A stretch of 64,000 bases of DNA, taken from NCBI GenBank assembly GCA_963805045.1, contig CAWDTC010000014.1, positions 76,359 through 140,358 on the forward strand, in the 5' to 3' direction. A model generated the notes under the pieces. That model did not search any database, had not been told where the DNA came from, and saw only the letters and a list, made by a program, of their open reading frames with translations. Source of the DNA: Candidatus Aminicenantes bacterium. GTDB lineage: Bacteria > Acidobacteriota > Aminicenantia > Aminicenantales > Saccharicenantaceae. The stretch's first letter is position 1. The number at the start of each line of letters is the position of its first letter. This document shows positions 11,101-18,290 of the stretch, in pieces. A program made the position numbers and the translations under genes.

Positions 11101-11230
11101 AAGCGGGAACAGCATCGAGGCGAGGGCCAATTACCTGAAATTCCTCGAGCTCTGGCAGAACGCCGACGAGGGATTGCCGGAAGTTGCCGACGCCAAGAAG
11201 GAGCTCGCGGCCCTGGGCAGGGTCCCTTAA
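8138..11230 (+). pseudogene. Ser/Thr protein kinase with N-terminal zinc ribbon, TM helix, periplasmic domain and TPR repeats; about nine frame changes
   Basis: Zinc ribbon MKCPACHSENPADSQFCHKCG starts at ATG 8138. Hanks kinase motifs GRGGMGRVYKA, HQDLKPQNIMID, DFGLAK and GTPKYFSPE lie in ORF 8343..9203. TM helix AVVVSALVLVAGVGIYEL is in ORF 9061..9312. TPR-like repeats run to 11230. Homologous sequence hops frames 2>3>1>3>1>3>2>3>1>2. One junction (about 9960) looks like a missing C in gccgcc(c)acgag. Confidence 0.8.
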
Positions 11231-11263
11231 TCGGACGACTTTCTCAGGTCGCCTGGGCTGTCC

Positions 11264-12305
11264 TTATCCAACCGGTCCCAAAAGAGCCGCGTTTCTCTTC
11301 CTCAGGAACTGCGCGACCTGGCAGGTCCACGAGGGGATCCGGCCCATTTCGCCCGTCGTCAAAGCCGCTACGACAGGACACACGCGACAGTATTCAACTT
11401 CCCGGCACATCAGGCACGACCGGTCGGGCGTCGAAAAGCGGTCCATTCGGAGTTCAGAGTAATTCGCCATGACCCGGGCATAGATGTCTTGAGCGTTCTT
11501 GATGAACGAGTCAACATCGCCGAAACAATACTTCCGGTGCTCTTCCCTCCGGTCCTCCTCCCCGAAAAATTGAGGGAAGAGGACGCAGCCCCAGAGCGTT
11601 CCTCGTGCGGACAGCGCCAACTGGTCTGCTCCCGCCGAACAGCGGAACACTCCCCGCTCCGGCTCTTCACGAAAACCGACCCACGGGACGTCCTGCAGGA
11701 TTCTCGTAACAGGAATCGAAATATTCCCCGACTCGAGCGACCTCCCTTTTCAGGCGCTCGAGAGACGCGGGAGTCCATGTCGGCACGTGCGCGAAATTGA
11801 CGTAGAACTTCCGGACCCCCATCTGAACGATGGCCCGGATCGAATCCGAAAGATAGCCAACCGTCTCCGAGCTGAAGACGCTATTGGTTTCCAAGAGGAT
11901 CCCGGGCTTTGCCAAGATCTTGGGAATGAGGGACGTTAAGAGGTCAAAAGTCCCTTTTTTTCTCGATATATCCTGGGCTTGGCCGTCGAAGCTCAGCATC
12001 AGAGTAAACTCGTGTTCCTCGAGAAAACCGAGAATCTCCTCGTCGAGGAGACTGCCGTTCGTGGTCAGAGCATATCGGACCTCTCGGTCATTCTTCTTCG
12101 ACAGTTTCTCCACATATTCGACAGCTCGCTTGAGCTCATTAAAGGCCAGGAGCGGTTCGCCGCCATAAAAGCTGACGTAGCATCCGGGACCGAAAAAGGG
12201 ACGGAAGAAATCTATCGCTTTGGCGAGGGTCGAGAACCCCAATCGCTGTCTTCGTCTCGTCTGAGAACAGTAAGCGCAACGAAAGTTGCACTCTTCCGTC
12301 AGCAT
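11264..12305 (-). pseudogene. Radical SAM enzyme with C-terminal SPASM-type auxiliary cluster domain (one frame change near 11680-11695; start possibly upstream of 12305)
   Basis: ORF 11667..12305 begins MLTEECNFRCAYC (CxxxCxxC) and contains FYGGEPLL. ORF 11264..11650 carries CSAGADQLALSARGTLWGC (Cx12Gx4C) and CLMCREVEYCRVC (Cx2Cx5Cx2C), i.e. SPASM-like. The frame stays open upstream to about 12404 and an AAGGAGA SD sits at 12382-12388, with no canonical start codon after it. Confidence 0.8.
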
Positions 12306-12422
12306 GACGGTAAAGCCGTGGAGTTCAAGGCAGCCCAGAGACGGCTCGTCCCTAAGCGCAACCCGGATAGGTAGGATTAGCTCTCCTTGAGACGACTTCC
12401 CCTATTCAGACGTATATCAGGC

Positions 12423-12644
12423 TCAAGGCTGAGGGAATGGGGCAGCCACCGGCGGTGCGACCTTGCAATGGCCAGGGCCTACGCCATAAATCGCTTCAAT
12501 AATAGTATCCAACGCCTCTTGTGCTGAAACAAGATCCGCCGCAGTTGCGCTTGCCGGATTCCTCAGATAGTTTCCGATTTGATTGAGTAGAAGGACGAAA
12601 TTCGGCAAATCTCGATGCTGCTTTGTAAATTTTTCCATTTTCAC
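12423..12644 (-). CDS. 73-aa peptide, candidate precursor/partner of the adjacent radical SAM/SPASM enzyme
   Basis: MKMEKFTKQHRDLPNFVLLLNQIGNYLRNPASATAADLVSAQEALDTIIEAIYGVGPGHCKVAPPVAAPFPQP. AAGGAGG SD lies 7 nt before ATG 12644, with a TATAAT box about 15 nt upstream of the SD. Co-directional with the radical SAM gene and 117 nt upstream of it. Confidence 0.55.
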   Translation of the reverse strand: MKMEKFTKQHRDLPNFVLLLNQIGNYLRNPASATAADLVSAQEALDTIIEAIYGVGPGHCKVAPPVAAPFPQP

Positions 12645-12667
12645 CCCTCCTTGAAAATAGACCTGAG

Positions 12668-12699
12668 ATTATACTAAGTAACCCCGAGATAATAGTCAA
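12668..12699 (-). promoter_or_regulatory. Putative sigma-70-type promoter for the 73-aa peptide gene
   Basis: On the minus strand: TTGACT (12699-12694), a 20-nt spacer (long), then a perfect TATAAT (12673-12668). Immediately upstream of the SD and ATG of the peptide ORF. Confidence 0.4.
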
Positions 12700-12750
12700 G
12701 CCCATCTTTGCTCCGAATCATGACCTCCAGACGCGCCTTAACCGACCTTG

Positions 12751-13509
12751 CTACTTGGACGGCGACGACATCGGGAGGGCGTCGAGCGCGAACGTGAGTC
12801 CGACGTAGAAACGCCACTGCAACCCCGCTTGAGTGTGCAGGTTAGCCGCCGCAGCAACGTCGGCCCCTTCCGTTAGCCCGTTGCCAAGGCGAGTAATGGC
12901 CTGGCATGTCGCGCCAATGCCGAGGCGTACAAAACGATGGAATTCGATACTCGGTCCTACGAACAGAGCCGTCTTCCTTAGAGAATTAAGGCCAAAACCG
13001 AATTCCAGACCGAGTTCGAGCGGTTTCTGCTGCGCGTTGCTACAGAACAACGGGCGCGCCCGCAAGAACACCATAGCCACGATTGTGCCCCAGTGGGAGT
13101 CTTCTGTCGTACGCACAATTTCCACCTGGCCACCAGGATTGGTAGGATCCGCCGGGATCGTTCCGAACGATGGGTCAGTAATCCCCTTAAAGGCGGTAAT
13201 TCCGATACCAAAGCCGAGGAATGATTCCCGGTGGCTAACGAAGAGGAATTTCTTCTCGATCCCCGTCGGCTTAAGACAAGGACATTCCGGGGAGACCGAC
13301 GAATCTGCCTTGATGGAGAGGATCCCAGGGTTATCCTGGAGCCAAATCTGGCTAGGAAACGGCGGCGCCACAACCGCGATTTTCCCGGCCAATGGCCAAG
13401 TCCAACCGTAGCCCATCAGGGGGAGGAGCGCCTGTGTTCTCCCGAGTTGGACAAACTTCTTGAGCTGAGCCGCGGCGGCAGTAAAGTCTTTCTTCGCTGC
13501 GAAGCACAT
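12751..13509 (-). CDS. Hypothetical beta-strand-rich protein (possible outer-membrane beta-barrel; may be the C-terminal part of the upstream ORF)
   Basis: 252-aa ORF with alternating hydrophobic strands (LELGLEFGFGLN, ALFVGPSIEFH, VRLGIGATC, LQWRFYVGLTFAL). It overlaps the 3' end of ORF 13352..14665 by about 158 nt in another frame. Weak SD. Lower GC than flanks. Confidence 0.5.
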   Translation of the reverse strand: MCFAAKKDFTAAAAQLKKFVQLGRTQALLPLMGYGWTWPLAGKIAVVAPPFPSQIWLQDNPGILSIKADSSVSPECPCLKPTGIEKKFLFVSHRESFLGFGIGITAFKGITDPSFGTIPADPTNPGGQVEIVRTTEDSHWGTIVAMVFLRARPLFCSNAQQKPLELGLEFGFGLNSLRKTALFVGPSIEFHRFVRLGIGATCQAITRLGNGLTEGADVAAAANLHTQAGLQWRFYVGLTFALDALPMSSPSK

Positions 13510-14617
13510 TATTCGATATGAGGGCGACCCTTATTAGCCAATCGTTCTGAAACTCACGGAAGACGGCCTTTTGTTCATCGCTCTCGGCAGAGGAAACGAC
13601 AGGCTCCTTTCTAAGCGTCTCTTCCAATTTCTCCAGTGCGATGAACGCGTCCTTCACCATCTCTTCACACCGATAATCGCCTTGGGCATTGATCTTGAGC
13701 ATTTCAGCTCGGGCAGCTGCTAGGTCGTCTTCTTCGACATTGGGAAGAGCGGCAAGCCGTGCCAACGGCCCCCATACCTGATAACAGGAGCGGGGCTTTG
13801 GCAGGTTCGCAGCTATCCGTTCAAATTCGTCGAGAGCGACGAGACCATTTTGAGCCATACCCGCCACGAACTCGAGGCTCGGCGGCCATGGCGTGTCGTC
13901 GCCAGTCTCGAGTCGCCTTACTAGGCTTTGAATGAGCTCGCGCTCTGTTACCATGTCATTAAGGGCATAGAGAGCTTTGCAGACCACACCTTCGACCTCA
14001 ATCCTCTTCTGTGCATCTTCTTTCGCTTTTCGTTCTTCTTGAGAAAGCTCCGCCCCTTTTTTAAGAAGACGATCGAGCCTCTTTTTGGCCTGCCTCCTGT
14101 CATCGACCATGACCAAGTTCGCGGCACCGATCGCGCTTAGAGCCGCCCCCATCGTCGCAGCGTCTGGGCTGTATTGAGGGGGAGAGACTGTGGCTTCGTA
14201 CGAGTAGCGAAAAGGGTTTGTCCTTACGACAACCAAAACCGGCTTTTCATCTCGCGCACGCACAACTCGGGGATTCCCATCCGGCCCCGGGAGAACAGCC
14301 TGTTTGTCCTCCGATACGGAGATGGCCGATCCCCGACTGTGAGAATGATACACGCTCCAGCTGAGCGTTTCATGATTGAGCACAAGGTAGACGATCCGCG
14401 TATTGCTGGGATCTATCCCTTTCGAAACATTCAATGCCTGCTGGAACTTCGCATCCGCGAGCATTGCCTGGACAGAATCTATAGGCCTGTTTTCTGAGCA
14501 ATCTGTGGGGGCGGCATAGATGCTCCCAAGAATCAACACGACGGACAGGAGCACGGCGTGACTGCATCGGACAACCACGCCTGACCATTTTGTCTGATAG
14601 TTTGCCCGTAAAAGCAT
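13352..14617 (-). CDS. Hypothetical secreted protein with coiled-coil/helical region (3' end uncertain)
   Basis: AGGAGG SD lies 7 nt before ATG 14617 (MLLRANYQTKWSGVVVRCSHAVLLSVVLILGSIYAAP, signal-like). Charged helical stretch RRQAKKRLDRLLKKGAELSQEERKAKEDAQKRIE. The last ~50 aa (…RGSAQEVCPTRENTGAPPPDGLRLDLAIGRENRGCGAAVS) look out of frame. No family recognised. Confidence 0.55.
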   Translation of the reverse strand: MLLRANYQTKWSGVVVRCSHAVLLSVVLILGSIYAAPTDCSENRPIDSVQAMLADAKFQQALNVSKGIDPSNTRIVYLVLNHETLSWSVYHSHSRGSAISVSEDKQAVLPGPDGNPRVVRARDEKPVLVVVRTNPFRYSYEATVSPPQYSPDAATMGAALSAIGAANLVMVDDRRQAKKRLDRLLKKGAELSQEERKAKEDAQKRIEVEGVVCKALYALNDMVTERELIQSLVRRLETGDDTPWPPSLEFVAGMAQNGLVALDEFERIAANLPKPRSCYQVWGPLARLAALPNVEEDDLAAARAEMLKINAQGDYRCEEMVKDAFIALEKLEETLRKEPVVSSAESDEQKAVFREFQNDWLIRVALISNNVLRSEERLYCRRGSAQEVCPTRENTGAPPPDGLRLDLAIGRENRGCGAAVS

Positions 14618-14709
14618 AGAAAACCTCCTACCCAGAAGAAATGGAAGGAATAGAGCCCAAACCAAGGACTCACGGTCCCCCCGCCATCTCGATTGCCCGA
14701 CCCGACTGT

Positions 14710-14738
14710 CATATAGGCCTTTTTCCGCTGCCTGTCAA
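14710..14738 (-). promoter_or_regulatory. Putative sigma-70-type promoter for the island operon
   Basis: Minus strand: TTGACA (14738-14733), 17-nt spacer, TATATG (14715-14710). About 90 nt upstream of ATG 14617. Confidence 0.45.
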
Positions 14739-14865
14739 TACTGATCGGCCCTAGGAAGCATTACAAGAGGATTATGCCTGCGCGGACGGAGAGAGTGGGG
14801 TCAAATGGATCAGGGGTCGAAGAAAAGCGTAAGCTAAGTGAGTGATTCGTCGGGAAAAAAAGAAA

Positions 14866-14938
14866 TGACCCGTGTAGGACTCGAACCTACAACCCGCGGA
14901 TTAAGAGTCCGCTGCTCTACCGATTGAGCTAACGGGCC
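14866..14938 (-). tRNA. tRNA-Lys (anticodon CUU)
   Basis: Reverse complement GGCCCGTTAGCTCAATCGGTAGAGCAGCGGACTCTTAATCCGCGGGTTGTAGGTTCGAGTCCTACACGGGTCA folds as a cloverleaf. It has a 7-bp acceptor stem (one G-U), anticodon loop CTCTTAA (anticodon CTT), T-arm GTAGG-TTCGAGT-CCTAC and discriminator A. CCA is not encoded. Confidence 0.93.
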
Positions 14939-14951
14939 AAAAAGCGCCTCT

Positions 14952-14980
14952 AGTTTAGATGAGTTGATGCCGCTTGTCAA
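14952..14980 (-). promoter_or_regulatory. Sigma-70-type promoter of tRNA-Lys
   Basis: Minus strand: TTGACA (14980-14975), 17-nt spacer, TAAACT (14957-14952). It ends about 13 nt upstream of the tRNA 5' end. A near-identical copy (TTGACA, 18 nt, TAAACT) sits at 15079-15108. Confidence 0.6.
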
Positions 14981-15006
14981 ACCTCCGCGCATATGGGGAA
15001 AACGTG

Positions 15007-15065
15007 CTCGAACCTACAACCCGCGGATTAAGAGTCCGCTGCTCTACCGATTGAGCTAACGGGCC
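15007..15065 (-). pseudogene. Truncated tRNA-Lys(CUU) copy lacking the 3' T-stem strand and 3' acceptor strand
   Basis: Identical to positions 1-59 of the intact tRNA. The 3' 14 nt (CCTACACGGGTCA region) are replaced by the promoter of copy 1. It has its own promoter copy at 15079-15108. Confidence 0.8.
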
Positions 15066-15162
15066 AAAAAGCGCCTCTAGTTTAGATGAGTCTCGGCCCG
15101 CTTGTCAAACCCCGGCGCATATGGGGGAAACATGCTAAGATAGGGCCGGAGCCCGCGCCGCG

Positions 15163-15441
15163 ATGCCCGAAGACGACCCCGTGAAGATCCCCATCGACGG
15201 TGTCCTCGACCTCCACACCTTCGCCCCGAAGGACGTCAAGGACCTGGTGCCGGAGTATCTCGAGGAGTGCCTGCGGCGCGGCATCACCGAGGTCCGCATC
15301 ATCCACGGCAAGGGGACGGGGACGCTCAAGGCGATCGTTCACGGAATCCTGAGGAAGAACCCGAACGTCGCCTCTTTCGAGGACGCCGACCCGATGGCCG
15401 GGGGCTGGGGCGCGACGCTCGTCCGGCTCCGCCTCCCCTGA
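15163..15441 (+). CDS. Smr domain protein
   Basis: 92-aa ORF with IDGVLDLHTF...EVRIIHGKGTGTLK...VASFEDADPMAGGWGATLVRL, the Smr/MutS2 C-terminal domain pattern. Confidence 0.8.
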   Translation: MPEDDPVKIPIDGVLDLHTFAPKDVKDLVPEYLEECLRRGITEVRIIHGKGTGTLKAIVHGILRKNPNVASFEDADPMAGGWGATLVRLRLP

Positions 15442-15465
15442 TCAGGAGCCGTCTGCCGCGCGACG

Positions 15466-15858
15466 CTAGCGCCGGAAGCGGATGGCGACGCCGACGATCT
15501 GCCGCTCGTAATAGGTCGCCGGGCCCCTCCAGTAGTTATAGGCGACGCCTTCGCGGAAGTAGCGGTCGGCAACGATGACGATGGCCTCGGCGCCCATGGC
15601 CGCGGCCTGCTCCCGCAGCATCCCCTCGACGTAGCCGCGGCTCATCCCGGGATCCGGCCGGATCCAGACCTCGCCCAGCTGAATGTGATCACGCTTGGGC
15701 TCCCGCCTCAGGAGCTCGACCATGCCGGGATTGGTCGGGGCGAACCGCGGCGTGCCGGGGTAGAAGCGGTATCCGTAGGGGTGGTAGCAGGAAACCAGCC
15801 CGGCCATGAGGGCGACCAGGGCCAGAATCGGCAACCCTTTCTTCAGCGTCCTTTTCAT
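15466..15858 (-). CDS. Hypothetical lipoprotein
   Basis: MKRTLKKGLPILALVALMAGLVSC carries a lipobox (LVSC). Start chosen at the internal Met of ORF 15466..15891. No family recognised. Confidence 0.6.
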   Translation of the reverse strand: MKRTLKKGLPILALVALMAGLVSCYHPYGYRFYPGTPRFAPTNPGMVELLRREPKRDHIQLGEVWIRPDPGMSRGYVEGMLREQAAAMGAEAIVIVADRYFREGVAYNYWRGPATYYERQIVGVAIRFRR

Positions 15859-16090
15859 CGTCCTTCCTCCTTGTCTTCGTTCGTCGGTCACACGCTCCAG
15901 GTCGAATTATAAAGCAAATTTCATACCAGCGCCGCGGCCGGACAGAGCGGGCTTCTCCATCAGATTGATTTATAATGATTTATGCCGGAGTTCGAGACCT
16001 TTGACGGCGCCGTGACGCCGGCAAAAGCCGGGCCAGCTCACCATACGGATGTCCTAATTCGTGGACGCTTCGGCCAGATCGAAGGCGCCC

Positions 16091-17413
16091 TCAGATCTTC
16101 GGTTCCCATCCTTTTTCGTACTCGCGGCCCCACATCCCCATGGCCGCGTCGTCGCCCACGATGTGCCCCGTCTTCCGGTCGAGATGCAGGGCCCGGCCGA
16201 CCTTCCAGGCGATATTCGAAAGCTGGAGCATGGTGACGGTGACGTTCCCCTCCTCGACCGGCGACCGCAGCCGCTCGCCCTTGCGGATGCCGTCGATGAG
16301 GTTCTGGAAGTGCCGCGTCGTCATGTCGTCGATGCTCTGGAGGTCCTGGGTCGTCGTTCGCTTCTGACGCGTGTCGAACTCGCTCAACAGCTTGTCGTCC
16401 AAACTGAAAACCTGGTAGCCCTCCCGGTCGACGAGGACCGTGCCCTCCGTGCCGTGGATGGTGACACCGCGGCTCCGGCCGTAATACTGCTTGCCCTGGC
16501 AGGACATGCCCTCCCAGGTGATCATCCGGTCGCCGTAGTCGAAGCTCGTGACGAGCGTGTCGTAGAACTCCCAGTCGTCCTTGAAATGGTAGCGGCCGCC
16601 CGAGGCCGTGACCGAGTCCGGGTAATCGGCGCCGAGGGCCCAGCGGCAGACGTCGACCTCGTGGGTGCCGTTGTTGAGCGTCTCGCCCGTCCCCCAATTC
16701 CAGAACCAGTGCCAGTTGTAGGGGTGGATATTGTCCTTGTAGGGCCGCCGCGGCGCCGGGCCCTGCCAGAGCTCCCAGTCGAGGGCCTCGGGCACGGGGA
16801 CCACCTGGCCGACCCCGATCGCCGCCCGCGTGTTGCTGTACCAGGCCTTGCCGAAGTACGGCCGGCCGATGAGCCCGTCGCGGATCTTGCCGACGATCTC
16901 GGCCGTGTGCTCGGAGGAGCGCTGCTGGTTCCCCATCTGGACGAGCTTGCCGTATTTCTTCTGGGCCGCGACGAGGAGCTCCCCTTCCCGCGGGTTGTGG
17001 CTGCAGGGCTTCTCGACGTAGACGTGCTTTCCCGCCTGGAGCGCGGCGATGGCCATCGGCGCGTGCCAGTGCTCGGGTGTGGCGATGGTCACGGCGTCGA
17101 CGTCCTTCGATCCGAGGACGCGGCGGAAGTCCTTCTCCGCGACCGGGGCCCGGCCGAAGGCCTGCGCGGCCGCGGTCGCGAACTTGTCGAGCTCCCTGCG
17201 GTCGACGTCGCAGACGTGGGTGACCAGGGCGTTTCCGCACTGGCGGAGGCAGTCGAGGTGGGCGTAGCCGCGGCCGTGGAGCCCGATGATGGCGAACTGG
17301 ACGCGCTCGTTCGCGCCGAGGATGCGGGCATAGCTCCGGGCGTCCATGCCGGCGGCGGCCAGCCCGGCCGAGCCGATGGCCAGCCCCTTGAGGAATTCGC
17401 GGCGGGTCGTCAT
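16091..17413 (-). CDS. Gfo/Idh/MocA family oxidoreductase with Tat signal
   Basis: Intact 440-aa ORF. MTTRREFLKGLAIGSAGLAAAG is a Tat signal. Rossmann motif FAIIGLHGRGYAH, EKP motif VYVEKPCSHN and the family C-terminal domain are present. The start overlaps the stop of the upstream DUF1080 gene. Confidence 0.9.
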   Translation of the reverse strand: MTTRREFLKGLAIGSAGLAAAGMDARSYARILGANERVQFAIIGLHGRGYAHLDCLRQCGNALVTHVCDVDRRELDKFATAAAQAFGRAPVAEKDFRRVLGSKDVDAVTIATPEHWHAPMAIAALQAGKHVYVEKPCSHNPREGELLVAAQKKYGKLVQMGNQQRSSEHTAEIVGKIRDGLIGRPYFGKAWYSNTRAAIGVGQVVPVPEALDWELWQGPAPRRPYKDNIHPYNWHWFWNWGTGETLNNGTHEVDVCRWALGADYPDSVTASGGRYHFKDDWEFYDTLVTSFDYGDRMITWEGMSCQGKQYYGRSRGVTIHGTEGTVLVDREGYQVFSLDDKLLSEFDTRQKRTTTQDLQSIDDMTTRHFQNLIDGIRKGERLRSPVEEGNVTVTMLQLSNIAWKVGRALHLDRKTGHIVGDDAAMGMWGREYEKGWEPKI

Positions 17414-18215
17414 GGCGCCTCCTTGGTCCCGGGTTGGAGGACTCGGATCTTTATGTTCCGGAAGAAGACGCGGTTGCCGTGGTCCTGGAGGAGGATGTGG
17501 CCCGAGGGATACTCGCCGAAGCCCGGGATGTCCTTGAATTTGCTCTCGGCCTTGTGGGCGAGGAACTCCGGCCCGCCGCGCTCGTATTCGAGGACCTTGA
17601 TGCCGTCGAGCCAGTGCTCGACGTGCCTCCCCTTGACCACGATGCGCGCACGATGTTCCAGGCGCCGGGCGCGACCGGCGGCTTGTTCTCGGCCGGGAGG
17701 AGGTCGTAGAGCGAAGCGCAGGTGCGGTTTCCGGCGATGCCCAGCTTGGCGTCGGGGTGGCGGGCGTCGTCGAGGAGCTGGTATTCGAGCCCCTTGGCCG
17801 AGCCCGGCGTCCGCGGCTCCGCCTCGATGACGAAGTACTTGATGCCGCTGTTGGCGCCCTCGGTCAGCATGAAGTCCACGCGCAGGTCGAAGCTCGAGAA
17901 CTCGTCGACGGTGACAATGTCGCCGCCGAAGGCCGCCTCGCCGCCGCCCGACTCGTCGACGATGAGCATCCCGTCCCGGACCTCCCAGCCGCGCGCCGGG
18001 AGCGTCTTCATGTAGGCCCCGCGCCAGCCGTTCATCGTCTTGCCGTCGAAGAGGAGCTTCCAGCCGCCCTTGACCTCGGCCGCGGTCAGGGTGTTGGGCG
18101 CGGCGGCCTGGCCGGGAGCGGCCGCCCGGGCCGGCGTCCGAGAGGCGACGAAGAGGACGGAAACGGCGGCGCAAATGAGGACCGCGCCAATGAGGACCCG
18201 GCGGGGCGTGATCAT
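17410..18215 (-). pseudogene. DUF1080 (3-keto-disaccharide hydrolase-like) secreted protein; one frame change near 17650
   Basis: ORF 17451..18251 (from internal MITPRRVLIGAVLICAAV) gives GWKLLFDGKTMNGWRG...GANSGIKYF...EYQLLDD. The C-terminus RIVVKGRHVEHWLDGIKVLEYE...LLQDHGNRVFFRNIKI is in ORF 17410..18174. Confidence 0.8.
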
Positions 18216-18290
18216 AGCGAGATGGTATTTCGGACCGCGGGCGCCTGTCAAGAAGGCCGCGGCCCTCTCACCGCGCGCCGGTAGCCCGGC

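Larger units (their letters stand above)
14880..15134. repeat. Tandem direct duplication (2 x ~127 bp, about 90% identical) of the tRNA-Lys 5' 59 nt plus its promoter
   Basis: Copy 1 is 14880-15006 and copy 2 is 15007-15134. Both contain ctcgaacctacaacccgcggattaagagtccgctgctctaccgattgagctaacgggccaaaaagcgcctctagtttagatgag...ccgcttgtcaaacc...gcgcatatgggg. Confidence 0.85.

Noticed and set aside
11264-12305. Radical SAM/SPASM enzyme as an anaerobic sulfatase-maturating enzyme
   Set aside because: Size and layout are anSME-like. However, no sulfatase gene is in the window and the adjacent peptide lacks a C/S-x-P-x-R motif, so I did not make that call. It remains the main alternative hypothesis.
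12496-12705. 69-aa ORF (MGLTIISGLLSIISGLF...) overlapping the 73-aa peptide gene
   Set aside because: It reads through the TATAAT box and the AAGGAGG SD of the 73-aa ORF in another frame and has no SD of its own. The 73-aa ORF is the better-supported reading.
11264-14865. Calling the lower-GC block a mobile element or integrative island
   Set aside because: I found no integrase, recombinase, transposase, inverted terminal repeats or att-like repeat of the tRNA 3' end. Only composition and tRNA adjacency support acquisition, so it is reported as a finding and not as a mobile_element feature.
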